This document shows, one piece after another, positions 49,989 to 59,156 of a stretch of DNA of 64,000 bases. Each line of letters opens with the position of its first letter. The stretch's first letter is position 1. Position numbers and translations under genes: made by a program. The notes beneath the pieces are model-generated. The model saw nothing but the letters and a program-made list of their open reading frames with translations, did not search any database and was not told the origin of the DNA. This stretch comes from an uncultured Bacteroidales bacterium (lineage in GTDB: Bacteria > Bacteroidota > Bacteroidia > Bacteroidales > UBA932): contig CAJGBW010000001.1 of the NCBI GenBank assembly GCA_904501835.1, positions 2,441-66,440 of the forward strand, in the 5' to 3' direction.

Positions 49989-51782
49989 ATGGAACTTCGT
50001 GAGTCCATCAAATTATTCCCTCATGCCCCCGGTGTCTATCGATATTATGATGCCGAGGGTACTGTTATTTATGTGGGAAAGGCGAAGGACTTGCACAATA
50101 GGGTCGCGCAGTATTTCGTCGACAGCTCGCGTCTGACTCGCAAGACCGCTTTGCTGGTCTCAAAGATTGTCCGTGCAGAATATACGATTGTCGATAGCGA
50201 GGCGGATGCGCTTTTGTTGGAAAACAACCTGATAAAGCAGTATAAACCCAAGTATAACATTCTGCTGAAAGATTCCAAGACCTATCCCTGGATATGTGTC
50301 AGCGGGGAGAATTTTCCTCGTGTCTTTCTCACCCGCCGATTGGAAACCGCCGGCAAAAATCGTTATTTCGGCCCTTATAGTTCGGTGCATCATGCCCGAG
50401 CTTTGCTTGAACTCTTCTTTTCGCTTTATCCTTTGCGCGGGGTGGAGTGTAAATATAAAATAAACTCGGAGGGGCTTTTGCATCGCAAATATCGTCCTTG
50501 CCTGAAATTACAGACTCGTAGTTGTGCCGGCTGTTGTGTGGGGAAGGTGTCCCAAGAGGAATATGGCCGATGGATTGAGTCTGTGGCGCGTATTCTTCAA
50601 GGAGCCGGAGGGGAGTTGTTGAGAGAATACAAGGCTGCCATGGCGCAACGGGCGGCGGAATTGGATTTTGAGGGGGCGCAGAGCTATAAGCAACGCGTTG
50701 ATCTCTTACAAAGCCACTATGCCAAATCCGTCATTGTCAATAGTTCCCCTATTGATGCCGATGTCTTTTCTATGGTATTTGATGGAAATGAGGCCTTTGG
50801 CAACTTCCTGCGCGTGCGTTCGGGCTGCATAATTCAGAGCCTGAATCTGTCTTTCCATTCCCGTATAGAGGAGTCGCGCGAGGATGTGCTGTCTTTTTTT
50901 ATTGCGGAGATTGAAAGCAAATTCGGCCGTCTGTCCAAGGAGGTGCTGGTTCCTTTCCTTCCGGATGTGGAATTGGATGGCGTGAAATTCATCATGCCTT
51001 CTCGCGGAGATAAACTCTCTTTGCTTCAATTAGGGCAACGCAATGCGGCACAGGCTCGTTTTGATGCCTTGAAGCAAAGCGAACATAGCGACCCGGATTT
51101 GTTCCGCCAACGGGTTTTGACCGAACTTCAGCAAGCGTTGGGAATGAAAGTCTTGCCCGAACATATAGAATGTTTTGATAACTCCAATCTGCAAGGTACG
51201 CAAGCGGTGGCTGCCTGTGTTGTTTTTCGTGGAGGGAAGCCGGCCAAAAAAGACTATCGCCATTTCTTGATTAAAACTGTGGTGGGGGCAAATGATTTCG
51301 CATCGATGAAAGAGATTGTCAATCGCCGATATGCCCGTATGCTCAATGAAAATCCGGAAGATTTACCCCAGCTGATTGTGGTGGACGGAGGAAAAGGCCA
51401 GCTTTCATCGGCCTGGGAAGTGTTGTGTGAATTGGGCATAGAAGACAAGGTGACGCTGATTGGTTTGGCAGAGAGATTGGAGGAAGTGGTGCGAGTGGGC
51501 GATCCCAATCCTTTGTTCTTGGATAGGAATTCTCAAGCCTTGAAACTCTTGCAGCATCTTCGTGATGAGGCACACCGTTTTGGCATTACCCACCATAGAA
51601 ATCGCAGAAGCAAGGCCCAGATTCGTTCAGCCCTGCGTGAGATAAAGGGAGTGGGTGAAAAGATGGAGCAGCGACTTTTGCTTCGATTTGGTTCGGTTCC
51701 CCGTATTGCAACGGCTTCGGAGGAGGAAATTGCGGAGATTGCGGGGGCAAAGTTGGCTGCAATCATAAAGTCTTCTTTGTAA
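49989..51782 (+). CDS. uvrC: Excinuclease ABC subunit C
   Basis: PGVY..IYVGKAKDL GIY-YIG, IECFDNSN, VVDGGKGQL, RDEAHRFGI, HhH. Confidence 0.96.
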   Translation: MELRESIKLFPHAPGVYRYYDAEGTVIYVGKAKDLHNRVAQYFVDSSRLTRKTALLVSKIVRAEYTIVDSEADALLLENNLIKQYKPKYNILLKDSKTYPWICVSGENFPRVFLTRRLETAGKNRYFGPYSSVHHARALLELFFSLYPLRGVECKYKINSEGLLHRKYRPCLKLQTRSCAGCCVGKVSQEEYGRWIESVARILQGAGGELLREYKAAMAQRAAELDFEGAQSYKQRVDLLQSHYAKSVIVNSSPIDADVFSMVFDGNEAFGNFLRVRSGCIIQSLNLSFHSRIEESREDVLSFFIAEIESKFGRLSKEVLVPFLPDVELDGVKFIMPSRGDKLSLLQLGQRNAAQARFDALKQSEHSDPDLFRQRVLTELQQALGMKVLPEHIECFDNSNLQGTQAVAACVVFRGGKPAKKDYRHFLIKTVVGANDFASMKEIVNRRYARMLNENPEDLPQLIVVDGGKGQLSSAWEVLCELGIEDKVTLIGLAERLEEVVRVGDPNPLFLDRNSQALKLLQHLRDEAHRFGITHHRNRRSKAQIRSALREIKGVGEKMEQRLLLRFGSVPRIATASEEEIAEIAGAKLAAIIKSSL

Positions 51783-51861
51783 ATGTTTTGTTATTCGGGA
51801 AATTTTCCTACCTTTGCAGGGTTATTAACAAAGCATTTTTAGTAATTAATTTTATAAAACT

Positions 51862-52107
51862 ATGTCAGAAGTAGCAGAAAAAGTAAAAGAGATCATTGTC
51901 GATAAACTCGGCGTTGATCCCGGATTGGTAACCGAGACCGCAAGTTTTACCAATGATCTTGGTGCAGATTCTCTTGATACCGTAGAGCTTATTATGGAGT
52001 TTGAGTCCGCTTTCAGTATCACTATTCCCGATGAGGAAGCTGGCGAGAAGATTCAGACTGTAGGTGACGCGATTAGCTATATCGAGTCAAAAGTTGCTTC
52101 TAAGTAA
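51862..52107 (+). CDS. acpP: Acyl carrier protein
   Basis: [22 protein letters not shown] -7 box upstream. Confidence 0.96.
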   Translation: MSEVAEKVKEIIVDKLGVDPGLVTETASFTNDLGADSLDTVELIMEFESAFSITIPDEEAGEKIQTVGDAISYIESKVASK

Positions 52108-52133
52108 TAAGCAAGTAGATCAAAGAAAACAAT

Positions 52134-52163
52134 AAGGGATGGCCTTTCGGTCATCCCTTTTAT
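52134..52163. terminator. Bidirectional terminator between acpP and the convergent gene
   Basis: AAGGGATGGCC-TTTC-GGTCATCCCTT-TT. Confidence 0.8.
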
Positions 52164-53932
52164 TTCGTGCGGCAGTCCTTGGGAACGCTATAGACAATGC
52201 GGAGAACGGGTGGTTTGCTACCCTCGGGACCTTGTAGAATACCCTTGTAATAGCGGCCTGTGTCAATCATATTCTGCACGCTGGTATTGGAGTTGGATCC
52301 GCTGTTCATCATGCTGTAATAGTACATCATATTATAGTAGCTATTGTAGCTGTTGTAGCCATATCCTCCGTAGCCGCCGTATCCGCCATATCCACCATAA
52401 CCATATCCGTCATAGCCACCATACATGCTGTTAAGGTAACTATAATACAACATTTGATTGTAGTAGTCGCTTTCTTCAGAGGTGGTCTGCTGCTGATAGA
52501 TGGTCTCCGGAGCCTTGGTAAACATCCAGATGTCCTGATTTTTCAGGGCACTTTCGCTGGGCTCTTTCAACTTGATCAAATGTTGCGTGTGGAAAGTAAT
52601 ATCCGGCGAATAGCTCAAAGTTGAGCGGTTCAAGCTGCCCTGGTCCTCGGCGCTGACACTGGCGTCAGAGATGGGAGGAAAATCAGTATAAGCAACGGTT
52701 ACCGTGTCTCCATACACTTTGCTCGTGATTTTGTAACGACTGGAGTGCATAGGGGAAATCATCTTGGGGTATTCGACAAATTTGCCGAAGTCGTGCATGT
52801 CGCAGAGGTTGAAGATGAGGCTGGCACGGTCCACAATGATTTTGCTGTAGTTTGCCTTGTCAATGCCTTTTTGAGCAAAACGCTTTTCAAGGCTGTCTCG
52901 GATTTCTGCTGCTGAAATAACGGGACGAAGTCCGCTGCCGCCTTCAAAATAAATTTTCTCTTTGGCAAGGAAGGCGTTGCCCTCTTTTGTCATACCATCA
53001 ATAGCCGCAATTTCGCTGTGTTCGCAGCCGTTGAAGGCAGATTGTACCGGCAGGTTGGCCGCATCCTTGGGCACAGCAGAAGCACCAATCAAGAAGAGAA
53101 TGGAGGTGTCAGTTCTTTCTTTTCGCCCTTTATATTGGGTGTTGAAACGCAGTTCTGCGTAGTTCTGCTCGATGACGTAGGAATTGGTATTGAGTCCCAA
53201 AGACAAACTGAACAAGTTGAAACGTCCTCCCATACCTTTGGACGGCTCGCAGTGGATGTAAAGGCCGGGGAAATCTTTGAGGTAGGAGGAGTTGCTGATG
53301 GTGTCAGCGTTGTCCACTACATATACGCCCTCTTTGGCTTTGCTGACAAGTTTGTTGCCGAGTTGTTCTACAAAGTTTTTCTTAAAGTGGAAACAAAGCG
53401 TGTCTTCGCCGCTATAGGTGGGCTGATAATCCGTAATAGTCTCTTTCCCTTTGAAATACTGACTCATTTTACGGATATCGCTTGTATACATGAATTGGGT
53501 CGGATTGTTGAGGTCGGTATTCTCGTCCAACGCGTAGATATTGATATTCTGAATCATCCCGGGGTTGCCGCCGTAAGGCACGGAAAGGGAGTCGCGGGAA
53601 AGAGTCAGGTACATGCTTTCAAATTTGGGGTCGGTGCCGAAATCCAGGCTGTCGTCTGCCGGAATCAAAGTGAAAGCAGATGATTTTTGAATCAATCCGA
53701 AATCAGGGTCGTTTACGGCGCCGACTGTAATACGGTAGGTGTTGTAGCCGTAGGTGCTGTCCGCGCGCGTTACGCAGATATTTTTCAAGGGAATATCTTC
53801 GCAGAATACATCAAATTCGTGCTCCTGGGGCATAAGGTTCTGTCCCAATTCGTTGTTTACCTTCATACAGGAAAACGGGGCGCACAAACAGGCTCCAAGA
53901 AAAATTGCGGATAAGATTCTATTGAACTGCAT
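52160..53932 (-). CDS. DUF4270-like lipoprotein with Tyr/Gly-rich C-terminal insert
   Basis: Lipobox PFSC..LGQNLMP; G...DPDFG; FPGLYI; located downstream of the glgA-like gene as usual in Bacteroidales. Confidence 0.65.
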   Translation of the reverse strand: MQFNRILSAIFLGACLCAPFSCMKVNNELGQNLMPQEHEFDVFCEDIPLKNICVTRADSTYGYNTYRITVGAVNDPDFGLIQKSSAFTLIPADDSLDFGTDPKFESMYLTLSRDSLSVPYGGNPGMIQNINIYALDENTDLNNPTQFMYTSDIRKMSQYFKGKETITDYQPTYSGEDTLCFHFKKNFVEQLGNKLVSKAKEGVYVVDNADTISNSSYLKDFPGLYIHCEPSKGMGGRFNLFSLSLGLNTNSYVIEQNYAELRFNTQYKGRKERTDTSILFLIGASAVPKDAANLPVQSAFNGCEHSEIAAIDGMTKEGNAFLAKEKIYFEGGSGLRPVISAAEIRDSLEKRFAQKGIDKANYSKIIVDRASLIFNLCDMHDFGKFVEYPKMISPMHSSRYKITSKVYGDTVTVAYTDFPPISDASVSAEDQGSLNRSTLSYSPDITFHTQHLIKLKEPSESALKNQDIWMFTKAPETIYQQQTTSEESDYYNQMLYYSYLNSMYGGYDGYGYGGYGGYGGYGGYGYNSYNSYYNMMYYYSMMNSGSNSNTSVQNMIDTGRYYKGILQGPEGSKPPVLRIVYSVPKDCRTK

Positions 53933-53933
53933 T

Positions 53934-54749
53934 TTAGAATTGCTCGTAAAACTGATTGTAATCGTCAATGTAACTGCCGTTTTCAATCGCCTCTTTGTTG
54001 TATTCCAAAAGGGGAAGGTCTATGCCGCGGCAGAAGTCACAAAGCTCGGGGTCGCAATTTTCGCTACCCAAAATAATGCCATCGCTATATTGTGCGGCAA
54101 TTTTCGCAAGATTGATGCCGGTGGGATTTTCCAAAAGCGCCAAATCCTCCTGGGTGCATCCGGGAATCAAGGCCTTGCTGGCGAAGTCTGCCTGGAAGGG
54201 CTCTTTTTGCAAATCGTCATACAACGAAAGCACGACGCGGCAAGAAGAGAAGATAGGATCGTTGTAGTAGGACTTTTTCAAATACAGGGGAATCAAATGC
54301 GTAATCCATCCCTGGCAGTGAATAAGGTCGGGAGCCCAACGCATTTTCTTTACGGCCTCCAACACACCACGGGCAAAGAACACGGCGCGCTCTGCGTTGT
54401 CGGCAAAACTTACTCCATCAGCATCGGTAAAGCTCGCTTTGCGCTGGAAATAATCCTCATTGTCAATGAAGTAAACCTGTGTGCGAGCTACGGGGAGGGA
54501 GGCAACTTTGATAATCAGCGGGCGATCCACATCGCCGATAATGAGATTCATTCCGGAAAGGCGGATTACCTCATGCAACTGGTTCTTTCTTTCGTTGATG
54601 CAACCATATCGAGGCATAAAGGAACGAATTTCTTTTTTACGCTCCTGAATTCCTTGCGGAAGCTGTCTTCCTATATTTGCAATCGGACTTTCGGGCAGGT
54701 AAGGGAAAATCTCCGAATTGACAAATAACACTCTTTTGATATCACCCAT
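53934..54749 (-). CDS. Glycogen/starch synthase catalytic-domain protein, short Bacteroidota form
   Basis: EIFPYLPE, RSFMPRYGCINERKNQLHEVIRLSGMN, QVYFIDNEDYF, PDLIHCQGW. Confidence 0.88.
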   Translation of the reverse strand: MGDIKRVLFVNSEIFPYLPESPIANIGRQLPQGIQERKKEIRSFMPRYGCINERKNQLHEVIRLSGMNLIIGDVDRPLIIKVASLPVARTQVYFIDNEDYFQRKASFTDADGVSFADNAERAVFFARGVLEAVKKMRWAPDLIHCQGWITHLIPLYLKKSYYNDPIFSSCRVVLSLYDDLQKEPFQADFASKALIPGCTQEDLALLENPTGINLAKIAAQYSDGIILGSENCDPELCDFCRGIDLPLLEYNKEAIENGSYIDDYNQFYEQF

Positions 54750-54848
54750 AGGCTTTTTCTTGAAATCACCCCACAATACGGGGCAAATAAGTACAAATTC
54801 TTACAAAGGTAACAATTTTTTTTGTTTTTTGATTAACTTTGCTCCGCA

Positions 54849-55727
54849 ATGTCAGAAGGTCAATCGAAATTACTGTCCCGCAGGCTTGTAAGTGCTTGGG
54901 TGTCATCGGTCATCAGTATCTCTTTGGTGCTGTTGCTGGTCGGTGTGGGCAGCCTTTTGCTGGTCAATGCCAACAAATTTTCCCGCTATATCAAGGAAAA
55001 TATGAATGTGACCGTTCTGATGAAGCAGGACGTGAGCGAAAATCAAGCTTTGGCCTTTCAGTCCGAACTGGATCGCAGCCCCTATCTCAAGTCGTCCACT
55101 TATGTATCCAAACAACAGGGTATCAAGGAAATGGCTGAGCTTCTGGGAGAGGATTTCTTGGATATCTTTTCGTCCGAGCCCATTCCCATTTCTTTGGATT
55201 TGACCTTGAATGGAGAGTATGTGCACAAGGATAGTTTGGAAATTTTACGCAAAAATCTCATGGCTTCTTCTCTGGTCGATAATGTGACGTATCAAGAGAA
55301 TATCGTGGAGGCGATGAATGACAATCTGGCGCGCATCTCTCTTTTTCTCGGCCTTTTTATCGCCCTCCTTCTTTTCCTTTCTTTTGTATTGATTAACAAC
55401 ACGATACGGTTGAATGTCTATGCGCGTCGCTTCACCATACACACGATGAAGATGGTGGGTGCGACCAAGAATTTCATTCGCGCTCCTTTCCTCTCCCAGG
55501 CTTTTGTGCAAGCTCTGTTTTCGTCTTTGATTGCTTGTGCGGCTCTGGTGGGATTGTTGTTTTTTCTGAAAGTGCAGTTGCTCCCGTTCTATGAGATTTT
55601 CCCTTTGGATCGCGTCTTGATGGTAATGGGGATTGTGATTTTTTCAGGCCTGTTGATTTGTCTGACCAGCACTTGGGTGACGGTCGGCCGAATGGTGAGT
55701 GTAAACAAAGACGAACTATACTATTAA
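54849..55727 (+). CDS. ftsX: Cell division permease FtsX
   Basis: SSVISISLVLLLVG, LGEDF, LINNTIRL..YARRFTIHTMKMVGAT..FIRAPF. Confidence 0.9.
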   Translation: MSEGQSKLLSRRLVSAWVSSVISISLVLLLVGVGSLLLVNANKFSRYIKENMNVTVLMKQDVSENQALAFQSELDRSPYLKSSTYVSKQQGIKEMAELLGEDFLDIFSSEPIPISLDLTLNGEYVHKDSLEILRKNLMASSLVDNVTYQENIVEAMNDNLARISLFLGLFIALLLFLSFVLINNTIRLNVYARRFTIHTMKMVGATKNFIRAPFLSQAFVQALFSSLIACAALVGLLFFLKVQLLPFYEIFPLDRVLMVMGIVIFSGLLICLTSTWVTVGRMVSVNKDELYY

Positions 55728-55733
55728 ATCAAT

Positions 55734-55991
55734 ATGATTATGGAGGATAAGAAACTCAATAACAATCAGGAGTCATCCATGCCCATGGGGCGCCAAAACA
55801 TTATTTTGTTGGCTGTAGGTTTTTTGGTGATGGTTTTGGGCTACATCTTGATGATGGGTGGCGGCAGCGATAACCCGGAGGTGTTTAACTATGATATGTT
55901 TGACGCGCGCCGTCTGGTGATTGCTCCCTTGACCATCTTGGCGGGCATCGTGTTGGTAGTGGTGGCAATTATGAAAAAACCGAAGAAATGA
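55734..55991 (+). CDS. DUF3098 family membrane protein
   Basis: Two TM helices, LMMGGGS..P.VFN..MF..RR; between ftsX and uppP. Confidence 0.85.
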   Translation: MIMEDKKLNNNQESSMPMGRQNIILLAVGFLVMVLGYILMMGGGSDNPEVFNYDMFDARRLVIAPLTILAGIVLVVVAIMKKPKK

Positions 55992-56827
55992 ATAATTGGG
56001 AAGCATTGATATTGGGCCTGGTGCAGGGACTTACCGAATTTCTCCCTGTCAGCAGCAGCGGACATCTGATGATTGGCCGTAATCTGTTGGGCGTGGAGGT
56101 GACGGAAGATTTGATGTTTGAGGTGGTGGTGCATGCTGCAACCGTGCTTTCTACCATCGTGGTTTTCCGCCATCAGATTTTTTCCATTCTCAAAGAATTT
56201 TTCCGTTTTCGCTATAATGATGGAATGGATTATGTCTTGAAAATCGCCCTTTCCATGCTGCCTGTTTTTGTGGTGGGCGTGTTTTTCAAGGATTATGTGA
56301 CCGAACTTTTTACCTCTATGACTGTAGTCGGAAGTGCTTTGCTTGTGACGGCGTTGCTGCTTCTGCTCTCGGATAATTTCGATGCGCTCAAAGCTCGCTT
56401 CTCTTGTAAGAAGTGCGCGCGTGCGGCCTGTGGCTCGGCCTCCGCTCCTCGAAACGGCCTTTCTTATGGACAGGCATTTGTGGTCGGACTCTCCCAAGCG
56501 ATAGCTGTGTTGCCCGGATTATCTCGTTCCGGCACCACCATTTCAGTAGGACTCCTTTCCGGCGTTCCCCGTGCGGTCGTGGCTCAATTTTCCTTCTTGA
56601 TGGTGCTGGTCCCTATTTTAGGCGAATCGTTCCTGGGTCTGGTCGGAGGAGAAATGGCCTCTTCGCAAGTGGGTGTTTCTGCGTTGATCGTTGGGTTTTG
56701 CGCCGCTTTTATTTCGGGCTTGTTTGCTTGCAAAGTGATGATTGCTTTGGTTAAGAGGGCGCGCTTGTCTTGGTTTGCGCTTTATTGTGCCATTGTGGGT
56801 GCGCTGACACTTATATTTTTACAATAG
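55988..56827 (+). CDS. uppP: Undecaprenyl-diphosphate phosphatase
   Basis: GLVQGLTEFLPVSSSGH, PGLSRSGTTI. Confidence 0.95.
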   Translation: MNNWEALILGLVQGLTEFLPVSSSGHLMIGRNLLGVEVTEDLMFEVVVHAATVLSTIVVFRHQIFSILKEFFRFRYNDGMDYVLKIALSMLPVFVVGVFFKDYVTELFTSMTVVGSALLVTALLLLLSDNFDALKARFSCKKCARAACGSASAPRNGLSYGQAFVVGLSQAIAVLPGLSRSGTTISVGLLSGVPRAVVAQFSFLMVLVPILGESFLGLVGGEMASSQVGVSALIVGFCAAFISGLFACKVMIALVKRARLSWFALYCAIVGALTLIFLQ

Positions 56828-56830
56828 ACC

Positions 56831-57577
56831 ATGGCAAAATCTTATTTCGTAGCAGATGTGCATTTGGGACTGACGACTTGCGACCCTCATGAAAGGGAGT
56901 TGCGTTTTGCCCGTTTCCTTCGTGAGTTGCCCGCTGATACCGAGAATCTTTTTCTGTTGGGCGACATTTGGGATTTCTGGTACGAATATCGTGATGTAGT
57001 GCCCAAAGGTTATGTGCGCGTGCTTTCTGCCTTGATGGAATTGATGGATAGAGGGGTGAATGTGTATTTCTTTCAGGGGAATCACGATGTCTGGACCTAT
57101 CACTATTTTGAAGAATTGGGCATGAAACGCCTAGAACAACCCTATATGGTGTTTGTCGGTGGAAAGACCTTGTGCCTGGGACATGGAGACGGTCTGGGGC
57201 CCTGTCCTTTCGGCTACCGTATTTTGCGCGGCATTTTCCATAGCTCTGTGCTGCAATGGCTGTTCAGTCTGCTGCATCCTTATATTGCATTCTCTTTTGG
57301 CAACGGTTGGTCACGTGGCAAAAGGAAGAAACGTCTATATCCTTACCAGTTCAAGGGTGCGGATGAGGCACTTTTCAAATTTGCGGATGAATATGCCCGT
57401 GAAAAGACAGCAGCAGGAATGCCTATAGATTATTTTATTTTCGGACATTATCATGCAGATGTGCGTCTTGCGTTGCCTTCCGGTGGCGAATTGATCGTCT
57501 TGAAAGATTGGTTGAGGTCTTCGCCCTATGCTTGTCTGGATCATGAAAATGGAGAATTGATAACTGTAAATCAATAA
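56831..57577 (+). CDS. lpxH: UDP-2,3-diacylglucosamine diphosphatase (metallophosphoesterase)
   Basis: ADVHLG, LLGDIWDFWYEY, GNHD, HGDG, FGHYH. Confidence 0.85.
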   Translation: MAKSYFVADVHLGLTTCDPHERELRFARFLRELPADTENLFLLGDIWDFWYEYRDVVPKGYVRVLSALMELMDRGVNVYFFQGNHDVWTYHYFEELGMKRLEQPYMVFVGGKTLCLGHGDGLGPCPFGYRILRGIFHSSVLQWLFSLLHPYIAFSFGNGWSRGKRKKRLYPYQFKGADEALFKFADEYAREKTAAGMPIDYFIFGHYHADVRLALPSGGELIVLKDWLRSSPYACLDHENGELITVNQ

Positions 57578-57578
57578 T

Positions 57579-58607
57579 ATGATGACCTTGGAAACGCCTT
57601 CTCCGTTGTGGAAGGATTATGAAATAATTGATTCGGGAAATGGGGAGAAATTAGAGCGTTTCGGACCCTGGGTGCTTCGTCGTCCCGAGCCTAAAGCTTT
57701 GTGGGATAAGACTTTGTCGGAGAAAGAGTGGCAAAGACTGACGCATACACATTTTCGTCCCGGTGCAGGTTTTGGCAAGGCCGGAAAAGAGGACAGCGGC
57801 ACCTGGGACATGCAAAAGAAAATGGATGAACAATGGTTTATCCGCTATGCTTCCGGCGTTGCAGGCCCGACGTTTCGTCTGCGTTTAGGATTGACCTCAT
57901 TCAAGCACGTGGGTGTGTTTCCCGAACAGGCGCCTAACTGGGAATATATTTATAGAAATACGCGCGCACTGGTGGAAAAGGCTGCGGCCCAGGCTGCTCC
58001 CGGTCAAGCGCCCGCTCCTGTTCGTGTTCTCAATCTTTTTGCTTATACGGGGGCTGCTTCGTTGGCGGCCAAGGCGGCAGGTGCCGATGTTACCCATTTG
58101 GATTCGGTGCGTCAGGTCGTTACCTGGGCGCGTACCAATATGGAGAACAGTGGCATGGACGGCATTCGTTGGATTGTCGAAGATGCCTTGAAATTTGCCC
58201 GCCGTGAAGCCCGCCGTGGCAATGTCTATCAAGGAATCATTTTGGATCCGCCCGCCTACGGACACGGTCCTGATGGCGAAAAATGGAAATTGGACGAGTG
58301 TCTCTTTGATATGCTGCAGCAGGTAGCCGCGATTTTAGCTCCAAAGGACAGTTTCATGGTCCTGAATCTCTACTCCAATGGCTTCAGTGCAAGTCTGGGC
58401 GAGACGGTGGTGAAGCAAGCCTTCCGATTGAAACCCACGGAGGCTCGTCAGCTTGCTGATGATGGCCTCAAACTTTCCGATGGGCGACAGCTTGCAGACG
58501 GACGCCAGCTTGAAGGCGCTTATCAGATTGAAAGCGGCGAGTTGGCCCTCACCGACCGCAGCGGCAAAGTCCTCCCCTTAAGTATCTTCGTTCGCCTGAA
58601 ACGATAA
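57579..58607 (+). CDS. Class I SAM-dependent methyltransferase (RlmI/RlmK-like)
   Basis: DSGNGEKLERFG, FKHVGVFPEQ, VLNLFAYTG, IILDPPAYG. Confidence 0.85.
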   Translation: MMTLETPSPLWKDYEIIDSGNGEKLERFGPWVLRRPEPKALWDKTLSEKEWQRLTHTHFRPGAGFGKAGKEDSGTWDMQKKMDEQWFIRYASGVAGPTFRLRLGLTSFKHVGVFPEQAPNWEYIYRNTRALVEKAAAQAAPGQAPAPVRVLNLFAYTGAASLAAKAAGADVTHLDSVRQVVTWARTNMENSGMDGIRWIVEDALKFARREARRGNVYQGIILDPPAYGHGPDGEKWKLDECLFDMLQQVAAILAPKDSFMVLNLYSNGFSASLGETVVKQAFRLKPTEARQLADDGLKLSDGRQLADGRQLEGAYQIESGELALTDRSGKVLPLSIFVRLKR

Positions 58608-58684
58608 TCTCCCTCCTGCGCTTCCTTTGCGCCCCTCTGCGGCTTCTTTACGCTCTTTTTGCAGCGCCCCATTCAAATAGTGGG

Positions 58685-58827
58685 GATGTGTTCCAAAAAA
58701 CCGCCCAAAAGCGCAACACATGTCCCGCGCTTTTTCGCAGCACTCATACTGGAGTGCGTTCTATGGCCGATTTGCTATATCGCTCTCCGAGATGTGTTCC
58801 GAAAAACGGGCAAAATATTGTACACAT
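58685..58827. repeat. Two degenerate 37 nt palindromic direct repeats
   Basis: GATGTGTTCCAAAAAAC...AACACAT (58685-58721) and GATGTGTTCCGAAAAAC...TACACAT (58791-58827). Confidence 0.65.
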
Positions 58828-58870
58828 CCACATCTATTAGATTTTCAAAATCTTTTCTTATATTTGCAAA

Positions 58871-59110
58871 GTTTGAGTGATTAAAGTCACTCCGTATTAC
58901 ATATTGAAAGCGTTTAGCGCCTTCTTGTTTTTAGTGAATCTGGACAATTCATTGCGCGACAAAGAAAGTGTGACGCTCATCGTCGCTATTCGTGGCTTAT
59001 AGCCTTACGATACAGCGAAAGTGTGAGTTGAACTAGTACTCGTTCGTCGTGCATGGCAGTCCAGAGCCAACTAAAGGAATGAGTTGCTAATGAGGCCCGC
59101 ACTTTCTTTT
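58871..59110 (+). ncRNA. Candidate structured non-coding RNA with loop-loop pseudoknot
   Basis: TATATTTG -7 box at 58859-58866, four hairpin domains, complementary loops CTGGAC/GTCCAG, T-rich 3' tail. Confidence 0.65.
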
Positions 59111-59156
59111 TATATTTTTTAATATCGTCTTCCCGGGCTCCTGACGACCTGTAAAG

